A model generated the notes under the pieces. It saw only the letters and a program-made list of their open reading frames with translations, was not told the origin of the DNA and did not search any database. DNA of 64,000 nt from IMG/VR virus record IMGVR_UViG_3300044633_001982; one strand, given 5' to 3'. Positions 39,802 through 49,570 of this stretch are shown here, one piece after another. Source of the DNA: a virus. Taxonomy: Duplodnaviria; Caudoviricetes. Positions within the stretch are counted from its first letter, which is position 1. Each line of letters begins with the position of its first letter. The translations under genes were made by a program, and so were the position numbers.

Positions 39802-40674
39802 ATGAATGCGTATATTACTACCGGTATGAATTCAGGTTTGGGGGATATGTATTCAACAATCTATTCAGTATATCTAACACAAGAAAAATTAAAAGAGATG
39901 GGATATAAGGTTAAAACTTATGTTGATTTTGGCCTAAATCCTTATAAAATGAATAATGAAAATAGAGATGTTTTTTTTAAAATTTTTAAATTAGACAAGT
40001 TAGATAATTTTACATTTTTTACTAGTGGATTTAGTCCTCATGAAGGAAATTTTCCTGAAAGAAATGAAACTAAATTAGTTATTGATAATTCAAAAATATA
40101 TTATGTTTATGTTGATGAGATTATTGAGGGAGTGGAAGATTTAAATAATTTTCCTCATATTGAAAATTATAGAAAATGGATAATGTACGATGAGTGGCCA
40201 AAATTAAGTTTTTTAACTGACGAAGTGGTGTCATTCTGCGAAGAAAAACTAAAATCATTTCCTGAAAATTTTTATTGTGTACATTACAGACCTTTTGAAT
40301 TAAATAACCAAACTGAAGAATTATCAAATTCAATACAGTCAATTAAAAATTTTATTGAAAAAAATCAAGATAGACCAATATTTGTGTTTACACAATTTGA
40401 AATTTTAAAAAATGAACTTAAGCAATGTAATTATAAAAATTTATATTACAATGATTATGTTTATAAAGGTGATTTAAGTACAACAAGAAGTTTAGGATTA
40501 AGTGATGATGAATTAATGTATTTTTTTAAATCTACTTTATTTGAGATGTATGCAATGTCTAAATCTGAAAAAATATTTAGAATATGTAATTGGTGGTCTG
40601 TTTTTTTATTTTTTGCGGCATCGTACAATCAAACTAAATTAAGTAATAACATTAGATTTTTTGATTATGAGTAA
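39802..40674 (+). CDS. Putative O-fucosyltransferase-like (GT-B) protein
   Basis: SGLGDM at the N-terminus, CVHYR, IFVFT, EMYAMSKS pattern of NodZ/GT23/GT11-like enzymes. Confidence 0.45.
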   Translation: MNAYITTGMNSGLGDMYSTIYSVYLTQEKLKEMGYKVKTYVDFGLNPYKMNNENRDVFFKIFKLDKLDNFTFFTSGFSPHEGNFPERNETKLVIDNSKIYYVYVDEIIEGVEDLNNFPHIENYRKWIMYDEWPKLSFLTDEVVSFCEEKLKSFPENFYCVHYRPFELNNQTEELSNSIQSIKNFIEKNQDRPIFVFTQFEILKNELKQCNYKNLYYNDYVYKGDLSTTRSLGLSDDELMYFFKSTLFEMYAMSKSEKIFRICNWWSVFLFFAASYNQTKLSNNIRFFDYE

Positions 40675-42343
40675 GATAACTTTAGTTACAGGGCTTTGGG
40701 ATTTAAAAAGAGATGGGTTAAATGAAGGATGGGCGAGACCATTTAAAGAACACTATTTAGAAAAATTTAAACAACTTCTAACAATTGAGGAAAATTTAAT
40801 AATATTTGGAGACTCTGAGCTTGAAAAATTTGTTTGGGAAAACCGAAAATCTGAGAACACTCAATTTGTATTAAGAGAATTATCGTGGTTTAAAAATGAG
40901 TTTTTTGGCAAAATTCAAGGTATTAGAAATGACGAAAAATGGTATAATCAATCTTCATGGTTACCTGAGTCTACACAGTCAAAATTAGAATTTTACAACC
41001 CATTAGTGATGTCTAAAATGTTTCTTCTTCACGATGCAAAAATTTTAGATAAATTTAATTCTGATAAATTATTTTGGATAGATGCTGGTATAACAAATAC
41101 AGTTCACGTAGGGTATTTTACACATGATAATGTATTAAAAAAAATAGATAGTAAAATTACTAAATTTTCTTTCATTTGTTTTCCATACGATGCAAACAAT
41201 GAAATTCACGGGTTTTCATATCCTAAAATTAATGATTGGGCGAATGATGATGTAAGATTAGTTGGACGAGGAGGGTTTTTTGGAGGAACAAAAGAATCTA
41301 TTGCGGAAGTAAATTCCCTTTATTATGGGTTGTTAAATGAAACTCTATCTCAAGGTTATATGGGTACTGAAGAATCAATATTTTCAATAATGGTTTATAA
41401 GTACCCAAAAATTATAAATTATTTCGAAATAAATTATGATGGATTATTAGGTACATTTTTTGAAAATGCTAAAAATGAAATTTTAGAAGTAAAAAATAAA
41501 TTACCAATTAATTTGTATAATGGTTTAGATATCGATAAAACGTCTTTATATGTTATTGGTTTTAACAGTCCTAAACAACTTGAAACTTTAATTACTTCTA
41601 TGATATCGTATGACAAGGATTTCATAGAAAAACCAAAAAAATATCTTTTAAATAATTCTACTGATAGAACTACTGATGAACAATATATAAAAATATGTGA
41701 GTTACATAATTTTGAAATAATTTGGTCTGAAGAAAATTTAGGAATTTGTGGTGGTCGACAATTTATAGCTGAACATTTTGAAAAAAGTGATAGTGACTTT
41801 ATGTTTTTTTTCGAAGACGATATGTTTTTTTATCCTGAAGAAGGACAAGTATGTAAAAATGGATTTAATAGATATGTAAAAAATTTATATAACAAATCAT
41901 TAAACATTATTAAAAATTATAATTTTGATTTTTTAAAATTAAATTATACCGAATTTTTTGGTAATAATGGGACCCAATGGAGTTGGTATAATGTACCTCA
42001 GTCATTTAGAGAAAAACATTGGCCTGAAAATCCAAAATTACCTGAAATGGGATTGGACCCAAATTCTCCAAAAACTAAGTTTACATCAATAACATCGTAT
42101 GAAGATATACCTGTTGCTACAGGTGAAATATTTTATTGTAATTGGCCTCAAATAGTTTCCAAATCAGGAAATCAAAAAATGTTTTTAGAAACAAAATGGA
42201 ATCATCCGTATGAACAAACATGGATGAGTCACATGTTTCAAGAAACAGTCATTGGTAATCTAAATCCAGGATTATTGTTAATTACACCTACTGAACATAA
42301 CCGTTTTGAACATTATGATTCAAAATTAAGGAAAGAAAGTTAA
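40661..42343 (+). CDS. HtrL/YibB-like domain fused to a GT-A domain
   Basis: TLVTGLWDL, SKMFLL...FWIDAG, GGFFGG, TEESIF; C-terminal NLGICGGR...FFFEDD. Confidence 0.7.
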   Translation: MIMSKITLVTGLWDLKRDGLNEGWARPFKEHYLEKFKQLLTIEENLIIFGDSELEKFVWENRKSENTQFVLRELSWFKNEFFGKIQGIRNDEKWYNQSSWLPESTQSKLEFYNPLVMSKMFLLHDAKILDKFNSDKLFWIDAGITNTVHVGYFTHDNVLKKIDSKITKFSFICFPYDANNEIHGFSYPKINDWANDDVRLVGRGGFFGGTKESIAEVNSLYYGLLNETLSQGYMGTEESIFSIMVYKYPKIINYFEINYDGLLGTFFENAKNEILEVKNKLPINLYNGLDIDKTSLYVIGFNSPKQLETLITSMISYDKDFIEKPKKYLLNNSTDRTTDEQYIKICELHNFEIIWSEENLGICGGRQFIAEHFEKSDSDFMFFFEDDMFFYPEEGQVCKNGFNRYVKNLYNKSLNIIKNYNFDFLKLNYTEFFGNNGTQWSWYNVPQSFREKHWPENPKLPEMGLDPNSPKTKFTSITSYEDIPVATGEIFYCNWPQIVSKSGNQKMFLETKWNHPYEQTWMSHMFQETVIGNLNPGLLLITPTEHNRFEHYDSKLRKES

Positions 42344-42349
42344 TCTGTA

Positions 42350-42357
42350 TATTTATT
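42350..42357 (+). promoter_or_regulatory. Putative late promoter TATTTATT
   Basis: 13 nt before the ATG at 42371. Confidence 0.55.
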
Positions 42358-42370
42358 GTAAAAACAATAA

Positions 42371-42739
42371 ATGGAATTCTATATTGGTCAAAATACCACT
42401 TTACCTATATTAAAGATGCAAGTTGTTAAAGACGGTAAACACGATATTGACACTATGTTACAAATTATTGAGGAATCTGTATTATACTTTTCAATGAAAG
42501 ACATTAATAATGGAAGTTATAAAATATTAAATTCTTCTGCCGGTTTTGTTGAAAAAATATTTTTAGAACCAAACTCTGATGTTGAATATTATATTTACTA
42601 TAAATTTTCAAAAAATGACACGTCTAAATCAGGAAGATTTGAAGGTGAGTTTTTGTTAAAATCTGAAAATGGAACTCTTTTATTACCAATAAGAGATAAA
42701 TTATTCATAAACGTTACCGAATCAACAATAACCACTTAA
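42371..42739 (+). CDS. BppU-N-like single-domain structural protein
   Basis: F.I..N.TLP.LK start and [18 protein letters not shown]...[11 protein letters not shown] end. Confidence 0.5.
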   Translation: MEFYIGQNTTLPILKMQVVKDGKHDIDTMLQIIEESVLYFSMKDINNGSYKILNSSAGFVEKIFLEPNSDVEYYIYYKFSKNDTSKSGRFEGEFLLKSENGTLLLPIRDKLFINVTESTITT

Positions 42740-44484
42740 TGGAATTTTTTATAAAAAAGAATGCGACGTTACCTTTATTGAAATTTGAAATATTTCAAGA
42801 TGGTAGGAGCGATTTTAATAACATACAAAATTTAAGCGGCGTAACCTCAAGTTATATAACATTAATTGACCCTGTAAATTCGGAAATAAAATTCGCAAGT
42901 AGACCATGTTCAATTGTTACAGGACAATCTGAGTATGATGACACAAAAATACTTTATTTTGTTGAGTATCAATTTAAAAACGAAGAAACAAAAAAATTAG
43001 GTAGATATGTGGTAGAATTATCAATAGTTGATACAAACGGTTCAGTTGTTTTTAAAATAAGAGATAGAGTTTTTGTTAATATAATTGATAGTTTTTCAAT
43101 AGATGGATACTCATTTGCAAATAGTTATGAGGTAGAGTATCCTTGTTGTGACCAAGTATTACCAATACCAATACCTGTAACCCCTCCAAACACACCTTCT
43201 AGCACTGCGACCCCAACAAGTACGGTAACAGTTACTCCAACTGTAACACCAACAACGACCTCAACTCCAACACCTACTCCAGATAATACTAAAACCCCAA
43301 CACCTACTTCTACTCCAACAATGTCCGCAACACTAACCCAAACACCAACTAACACAACTACTCCGACTAATACACCAACAATGACCTCAACATTAACTCA
43401 AACACCAACTAATACACCAACTAATACTCAAACTCCGACAACGACTACAACTCCTACAAATACAAAAACACCGACTAAAACACAAACTCCAACAAATACT
43501 ACTACCCCTACCCCTACTCCAACTGTAACTGTAACTCCTACAAATACTTCAACGCCAGCCATGACCCCGTCCGTAACTAATACGTCAACAGTTACACCTA
43601 CTAACTCAATTACGCCAACAAATACCCCTACTAACTCGATTACACCAACAAATACACCAACAAATACAATAACACCTAGTATTACTCCAACAAATACAGT
43701 AACCCCAACAATTACCCCAACAAAATTCCCAGTAACAACTGTGGTTGGTTCTTTTTATACTTTGGTTTATCCAAATGGTTCAATTTATAATACTGTTTGT
43801 CAATATGTTTACCCTGGCAATTATGTTAACAATTTTACAACTACCACACTAATTACGACAACCCCAACTTCTTGGTATTCAAAAGGATTTTCAACAACCA
43901 CAGGTGAAATTAGACATTTCTATTTTAACGGATATCAGACTATACGATATAATTCAAGTCCTAATTCATCAAATATAAGTTTATTAACTTTATCTGGAAA
44001 TTTTGACAGGTCATTTGTTGCTTTATCAACCACATCTCTTATTGTTTCTAAAAACAATTTTTCAGCAGGAAATGGAAATGAAATAAGACAAATATCTACA
44101 GAAAATTCTAGCTTTACATCACTTGCGGTATTACCATATGGAAGATTTACTACTGGTGGTATAATTAAAACAACAACAAATAGACTTATTGTTATTACGT
44201 CTAATGTTACTAATAACGACTTTTTATTAACTCAATATAATTTAAATTTACCATTGTCAAATCCATCTACAGTTGAAGTACAAATTAATTTAACAAATAA
44301 TATAAGTAACCCTTCAGGTATTTTTGTTTCAAATTCAGAGTTTTATGTATCGTCAGGGACTGGTCAAATTTATAATATATCTAAAACACCTCCGTACACA
44401 ATAACAAATGTTGCGTCATCTAATACACCGTTTAAAGGGTTTGGTCAAAATAGTGATATTTGGAATGTTCATTTTAGTGTGTAA
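42739..44484 (+). CDS. Putative virion fibre/appendage: BppU-N-like domain, Thr/Pro mucin-like stalk, C-terminal beta domain
   Basis: N-terminus paralogous to 42371..42739; about 190-aa TPT/TNTPT tract; beta-rich C-terminus. Confidence 0.7.
   Translation: MEFFIKKNATLPLLKFEIFQDGRSDFNNIQNLSGVTSSYITLIDPVNSEIKFASRPCSIVTGQSEYDDTKILYFVEYQFKNEETKKLGRYVVELSIVDTNGSVVFKIRDRVFVNIIDSFSIDGYSFANSYEVEYPCCDQVLPIPIPVTPPNTPSSTATPTSTVTVTPTVTPTTTSTPTPTPDNTKTPTPTSTPTMSATLTQTPTNTTTPTNTPTMTSTLTQTPTNTPTNTQTPTTTTTPTNTKTPTKTQTPTNTTTPTPTPTVTVTPTNTSTPAMTPSVTNTSTVTPTNSITPTNTPTNSITPTNTPTNTITPSITPTNTVTPTITPTKFPVTTVVGSFYTLVYPNGSIYNTVCQYVYPGNYVNNFTTTTLITTTPTSWYSKGFSTTTGEIRHFYFNGYQTIRYNSSPNSSNISLLTLSGNFDRSFVALSTTSLIVSKNNFSAGNGNEIRQISTENSSFTSLAVLPYGRFTTGGIIKTTTNRLIVITSNVTNNDFLLTQYNLNLPLSNPSTVEVQINLTNNISNPSGIFVSNSEFYVSSGTGQIYNISKTPPYTITNVASSNTPFKGFGQNSDIWNVHFSV
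43160..43730 (+). repeat. Coding low-complexity repeat (TPT/TNTPT/TVTPT)
   Basis: Degenerate Thr/Pro repeats; boundaries approximate. Confidence 0.9.
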
Positions 44485-44485
44485 T

Positions 44486-44514
44486 TTGACATTTATTTAT
44501 TTTTAAATTAAGTT
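44486..44514 (+). promoter_or_regulatory. Sigma70-type promoter TTGACA-N17-TAAGTT for DNA polymerase
   Basis: Perfect -35, 17-nt spacer, TAnnnT -10. Confidence 0.55.
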
Positions 44515-44530
44515 TAAATCTAAGGTAAAC

Positions 44531-44548
44531 TCCGACCTATAATTCGGA
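44531..44548 (+). promoter_or_regulatory. Leader hairpin (5-bp stem, 8-nt loop), possible translational operator
   Basis: TCCGA-CCTATAAT-TCGGA, 24 nt before the polymerase ATG. Confidence 0.4.
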
Positions 44549-44572
44549 TGCTAATATACCAAAATTTAATTT

Positions 44573-47368
44573 ATGATATCTAACGAAGAAATTGAAAATT
44601 TCCTACAAGGAAATGATGATGAAAAATATATAATCGGTGTTGAATACGATTATGTCAAAGATTGTGTTTGGAAAATTATAGAGCACCCAATTCACGGTAA
44701 ACAAATTAAAAAAGATACTTTTATCCCATTCGCTTGGGTTGGTGACTTACGCGGGTTAAACTTTTACCAATCGTCAAAAGCATTACAAAAAGAGGCAATG
44801 ACAAAACATAAGATTGTCATTGAAAAATTACGTACTGATGGTAATGAAAGATTGGAGAAAGGTTTAACATTTATGGTTAAATCTCTTAATGGTTACCGTT
44901 CCCTTATTCAATTTTTTAGAGATGGGGGAGTTGACCCTTGGGGTGAGAAAACTAAAGGATTAATCCTTATTCTACCACCTGTTGAACAGTTCTTGGTTAC
45001 AAAGGAGAAGCGTCTATTCAAAGGATTTGATGATTACAATAGTATCACGAGGTTTGTATTTGACTTGGAGACGACCGCATTAGAACCAAAAGACGGTCGT
45101 ATTTTTATGATAGGGATGAAAACCAATAAAGGTTTTAGTCAGGTAATTGAATGTTCAACTGAAGACCAAGAGAGGGAAGGTATTATCAAATTCTTTAATA
45201 CCATAGATGAACTTAAACCAAGTATCATCGCATCTTACAACGGATTTAACTTTGACTGGTTTTGGATATTTGAAAGAGCAAAGGCTTTAAAGTTGGACAT
45301 TAAGAAAGTTGCTAAAACTCTTAATCCAATCAACCCAATCAAACAATCTGAAAGTATGTTGAAACTTGCAAATGAGGTTGAAAGATTTAATCAAACATCC
45401 ATGTGGGGTTATAATGTGGTAGATACATTACACGCAGTTAGAAGAGCTCAAGCAATTAACTCATCTATCAAATCCGCGGGTTTGAAGTATATTACCCAAT
45501 ATATTAAAGCCGAAGCTGCTGACCGTGTTTATATTGACCACACAGATATTGGTCCATTTTACGCAAAAAAAGAAGAGTATTGGTTGAATATCCAAAACGG
45601 AAAATATAAGAAAGTGGGAGTTGACCCCACAATTGACGAAGCATGTTCTAAACACTCAAATGTTTATATTAAAACAACAGGTGATGATTTGGTTGAGAGA
45701 TATCTTGACGATGACTTGGAAGAGACTCTAACGGTTGATGAAGAATTTAACCAAGGTTCATTCCTACTTGCGTCTTTGGTTCCCACAACATATGAAAGGG
45801 TTTCTACTATGGGAACTGCGACATTATGGGAAATCCAAATGAGAGCTTGGTCATACAAACACAAATTGGCAATTCCTGCAAAGAATGAGAAAACAGAGTT
45901 TGTTGGTGGATTATCACGACTACTTAAAGTAGGATTTTCTACTGATGTATTAAAACTTGACTTTTCGTCACTTTACCCTTCAATACAACTTGTTCACGAT
46001 GTGTTTCCAACCTGTGACATTACAGGTGCAATGAAAGGTATGTTAAATTATTTCCGTAACACTCGTATCAAGTATAAAAATTTGGCTAAAGAATATGCTG
46101 ATATAGATAAGAAACAATCAACATCTTACGACAGAAAACAATTACCTATTAAGATTTTCATCAACTCAATGTTTGGAGCTCTATCGGCACCACAAGTATA
46201 TCACTGGGGTGATATGTATATGGGTGAACAGATTACCTGTACAGGACGACAATACCTTCGTCAGATGTTACGTTTCTTTATGAAACGAGGATATACCCCT
46301 CTTGTATGTGATACGGATGGTATGAACTTCTCGTTACCTGAAGGTGGTGTGGATGATAGAAGATACATCGGTAAGGGTAATAACTGGTTGGTTAAGGAAG
46401 GTAAAGAATATAAAGGTTATGATGCTGATGTTGCCGAGTTTAACGATATGTTTATGAAAGGTGCAATGGGACTTGATTGTGATGGAACTTGGAAATCCTG
46501 TATGAACATTGCTCGTAAGAACTACGCAACGATGGAACATAACGGTAAGATTAAACTTACAGGTAACTCAATCAAGAGTAAGAAACTACCACTTTATATT
46601 GAGGATTTTTTGGATAAGGGGATTAAGATGTTGTTAGAAGGTGATGGTCAATCATTTGTTGAGTGGTATTACGAATACTTAGAAGTAATTTTTAACCAAC
46701 GAATTCCATTGATGAAAATTGCCCAAAGAGCAAAGGTTAAGTTATCAATTGATGATTATAAAAAACGTTCAAAGGAAAAGACCAAAGCGGGTAATGAGAT
46801 GTCTCGTATGGCACATATGGAACTTGCAATCCGTGATGGTATTGCGGTGAGTTTAGGTGATGTAATATTCTATGTCAATAATGGGGTTAAAGCATCACAC
46901 GGAGATGTTCAAAAGGTTAATAAACCTAAAAAAGGGTGGGCACAATCTGATTTGGATAATATGATGGAAGGATATGGTAAAATACCTCGTGAAATGGTTG
47001 AATCGTATGTAAAACTTAATTGTTATCGTCTTAACCCATCTGAATTGGAGTCAAATCCTAATATGACAGGTGAATATAATGTGTCGAGAGCAATCGTTAC
47101 TTTTAACAAAAGAATTGAGCCATTGTTAATTGTATTTGGTGAAGAAGTTAGAAATAATCTAATAGTTACTGACCCTAAAGACAGAGGTTTGTTTACTAAA
47201 GACCAATGTAAATTGATTAATGGTGTTCCTTTTGAACCCGCTGACCAAGATAGTATTGAGGACTTGTTAACTATTACAGACCAAGAAATGGTATATTGGG
47301 GTAAACGAGGAATTAATCCTGAATACATTTACGAACTTGCTGAAGAAGGGTGGGAAGAAATGGTTTGA
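44573..47368 (+). CDS. polB: Family B DNA polymerase
   Basis: FDLETT, YNGFNFD, LDFSSLYPS, KIFINSMFG, CDTDG, KNYA, KLTG. Confidence 0.95.
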   Translation: MISNEEIENFLQGNDDEKYIIGVEYDYVKDCVWKIIEHPIHGKQIKKDTFIPFAWVGDLRGLNFYQSSKALQKEAMTKHKIVIEKLRTDGNERLEKGLTFMVKSLNGYRSLIQFFRDGGVDPWGEKTKGLILILPPVEQFLVTKEKRLFKGFDDYNSITRFVFDLETTALEPKDGRIFMIGMKTNKGFSQVIECSTEDQEREGIIKFFNTIDELKPSIIASYNGFNFDWFWIFERAKALKLDIKKVAKTLNPINPIKQSESMLKLANEVERFNQTSMWGYNVVDTLHAVRRAQAINSSIKSAGLKYITQYIKAEAADRVYIDHTDIGPFYAKKEEYWLNIQNGKYKKVGVDPTIDEACSKHSNVYIKTTGDDLVERYLDDDLEETLTVDEEFNQGSFLLASLVPTTYERVSTMGTATLWEIQMRAWSYKHKLAIPAKNEKTEFVGGLSRLLKVGFSTDVLKLDFSSLYPSIQLVHDVFPTCDITGAMKGMLNYFRNTRIKYKNLAKEYADIDKKQSTSYDRKQLPIKIFINSMFGALSAPQVYHWGDMYMGEQITCTGRQYLRQMLRFFMKRGYTPLVCDTDGMNFSLPEGGVDDRRYIGKGNNWLVKEGKEYKGYDADVAEFNDMFMKGAMGLDCDGTWKSCMNIARKNYATMEHNGKIKLTGNSIKSKKLPLYIEDFLDKGIKMLLEGDGQSFVEWYYEYLEVIFNQRIPLMKIAQRAKVKLSIDDYKKRSKEKTKAGNEMSRMAHMELAIRDGIAVSLGDVIFYVNNGVKASHGDVQKVNKPKKGWAQSDLDNMMEGYGKIPREMVESYVKLNCYRLNPSELESNPNMTGEYNVSRAIVTFNKRIEPLLIVFGEEVRNNLIVTDPKDRGLFTKDQCKLINGVPFEPADQDSIEDLLTITDQEMVYWGKRGINPEYIYELAEEGWEEMV

Positions 47369-47370
47369 TA

Positions 47371-47703
47371 TTAATCTTTTACACCGTCAGATGAAATAAC
47401 GTACCAAGTGTTGAAGACAAAACACAATTCAACACTGGCACCTTTTCCGATTACCATATCATCGTATTCTCTATCAATTTTAAATTTATCAGGTACAATC
47501 CTTGTTTCAGTTAACGCTTTGATAATTATGTGGTCACATAACTCAGAGTTTAATCTAATTAAAACTTGGTCGGAATCCACGGTAATAACTAAAAACTCAC
47601 CACTAGGTGTGTATTCAGGTTCACTAGTAATTACTTTTGTTGATACTAATTTTTCAATTCCGTTGATTATTCTTTTTTCAGGTTGTGTTTTTAAAGTTGG
47701 CAT
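47371..47703 (-). CDS. Hypothetical beta-rich protein
   Basis: 110-aa ORF downstream of the neck gene, convergent with the polymerase. Confidence 0.65.
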   Translation of the reverse strand: MPTLKTQPEKRIINGIEKLVSTKVITSEPEYTPSGEFLVITVDSDQVLIRLNSELCDHIIIKALTETRIVPDKFKIDREYDDMVIGKGASVELCFVFNTWYVISSDGVKD

Positions 47704-47706
47704 AAA

Positions 47707-48828
47707 TTAAATTACATATATTTGTCTTGGGAATGCTCTAAACTTCATTTGTTTGTTTAAATTTTCAGCAGTTAAAGCTTCCCTTTCCATCACTTTTTCA
47801 GGTTTTAATCTTGTTAAAATACCTTCAGCTCCAATTAATTCCTCAATCAGTTTTAATTTTTCATCCTTACCTTCAGTAGCTAACGAAGTATAATCCATTG
47901 TTAATTCAGAATCAGGGGTTTTTAAATTTCCTGAATATTTACCTCTTACTTTAGATAAAGTTTCTTTACAACTTGCAATAAAATATCTTCTCACCCATTG
48001 TTGTGCGGGATTATTTAAATCAACCCAAGACATAGAATCTTGTGGTACATCAGATGGTAATCGTATTATATCAGGATTTTGTTTTAAACATTTATCTCTA
48101 TCAGCAGGACCGACATCATAATACCAATACCAAACTTTACCTCTCATTAAAGTTGAGTTACCAAAATCAAATCTACCTCCAGGTGTCTGCATTAAATGTA
48201 TACCCTTTTTACCATCAGGTAAAGCCGTAATTCTATAAGTTAAATCACCCGCAATAATTCTTCTTTGGATGTTTATTTCTTGCATCCTTAATAACATATC
48301 AAATGCCGGCATCATGAAATATGAACCTGAGTAACCCATTTGGGAGTAACCTGCGGGACCACCTAAACCTGGACCTCCTAATGCTCCAAAACTCCAAGGG
48401 TCAAATAAAATATTATTTAACTCGGCAGGTGTAAACCAAAGTAATTCATTAATTTCTCTACCTGCGGGAACTTCATAAATTTGTTGACCTGGAGATAATT
48501 GTATATAATCTTTTTTCAAAACCCAATCACCTCCAGCTTGTAATCCTACAATTTTAGAATAGGCGTACGAGTATCTTTGTTCTAAATTAAAATCTTTAGT
48601 TACAAACGCTCTTGATAATGATTGAGTGTCCATATTTAATCCCCATAATTGAGCCCACTGAGACTCAATTAAAAAGTTTTGAACATATTGTGAATAATCA
48701 CCTATTGAAAATTCTAATAAAGTGTCCATTTGTTCGTCCTCAAGTTCTATTGAACGTAGGGGAGCTCCTAATACGTGACGTACTTTAGTATATAAATCAC
48801 TTCTGTATGGTTCTGCAATTACTGACAT
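47707..48828 (-). CDS. Neck/head-completion protein (T4 gp13-like)
   Basis: VRHVLGAPLRSIELEDEQM N-terminus and WVRRYFIASCKETLSKVRGKY...LATEG C-terminus; TATTTATA at 48839-48846. Confidence 0.75.
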   Translation of the reverse strand: MSVIAEPYRSDLYTKVRHVLGAPLRSIELEDEQMDTLLEFSIGDYSQYVQNFLIESQWAQLWGLNMDTQSLSRAFVTKDFNLEQRYSYAYSKIVGLQAGGDWVLKKDYIQLSPGQQIYEVPAGREINELLWFTPAELNNILFDPWSFGALGGPGLGGPAGYSQMGYSGSYFMMPAFDMLLRMQEINIQRRIIAGDLTYRITALPDGKKGIHLMQTPGGRFDFGNSTLMRGKVWYWYYDVGPADRDKCLKQNPDIIRLPSDVPQDSMSWVDLNNPAQQWVRRYFIASCKETLSKVRGKYSGNLKTPDSELTMDYTSLATEGKDEKLKLIEELIGAEGILTRLKPEKVMEREALTAENLNKQMKFRAFPRQIYVI

Positions 48829-48846
48829 AGTTTTTATTTATAAATA

Positions 48847-49557
48847 TCAATTTGACTTTTTAGTTTTAGATAAATAAAGTTCATTTATGAATTTCCAATT
48901 TACCGCATCCCAAAAATTTGTAATATATTCGTCTCTTTTATTTTGATATTTTAAATAATATGCATGTTCCCATAAATCTAACCCTAAAATTGGGAACCCA
49001 CCTCTGTCAAATATATTCATCAATGGATTGTCTTGGTTTTGAGTAGACATCACTTTTAATTTACCACTTTTTGTTATTACTAACCATATCCATCCAGAAC
49101 CAAATCTTTTTTTTGCAACAGACTCAAACCTTTCTTTAAATTCTCTATAAGAACCAAAATCTTTTTTAATTTTTTCTAAAATTTCACCGTATGGTTTTTG
49201 AGGTGTTGGAGATAACATTTTCCAAAAAAGTGCGTGATTAAATGCTCCACCCGCATTATTTCTAATTACGGTATTATATTTTGAAATTTGTTTAACAATA
49301 TTTTCTAACTCAACATCACCGTAATCTCTTTTTCGTAACGCTGAGTTTAATTTTTTTACGTACCCTTTATAATGTTTTTGATAATGAAACTTCATAGTTT
49401 CAGGGTCAATAAACCTACGAAGAGATGCATAACCATACGGTAATTTATCGATACCTATGGTTTTCATTTCATTGATAAAATACTTTGTTTCAGGTAATAC
49501 TATATCACCTGTTATTTTTTTCTGTAAAGATTCTGATAATAAATTTAATGATTTCAT
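48847..49557 (-). CDS. sod: Fe/Mn superoxide dismutase
   Basis: LPYGY, HYQKH, NHALFW, FGSGW, NQDNP, DLWEHAYY. Start reassigned to MKSL at 49557; TATTTATT at 49562-49569. Confidence 0.95.
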   Translation of the reverse strand: MKSLNLLSESLQKKITGDIVLPETKYFINEMKTIGIDKLPYGYASLRRFIDPETMKFHYQKHYKGYVKKLNSALRKRDYGDVELENIVKQISKYNTVIRNNAGGAFNHALFWKMLSPTPQKPYGEILEKIKKDFGSYREFKERFESVAKKRFGSGWIWLVITKSGKLKVMSTQNQDNPLMNIFDRGGFPILGLDLWEHAYYLKYQNKRDEYITNFWDAVNWKFINELYLSKTKKSN

Positions 49558-49570
49558 CAATAATAAATAC

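Noticed and set aside
44573-47368. Intein or intron in the DNA polymerase, or an unusual primer-independent polymerase
   Set aside because: Continuous 931-aa ORF with ordered exonuclease and polymerase motifs. No intein C...HN signature or homing-endonuclease motif seen. The CDTDG and NSMFG variants alone are not enough to claim novelty.
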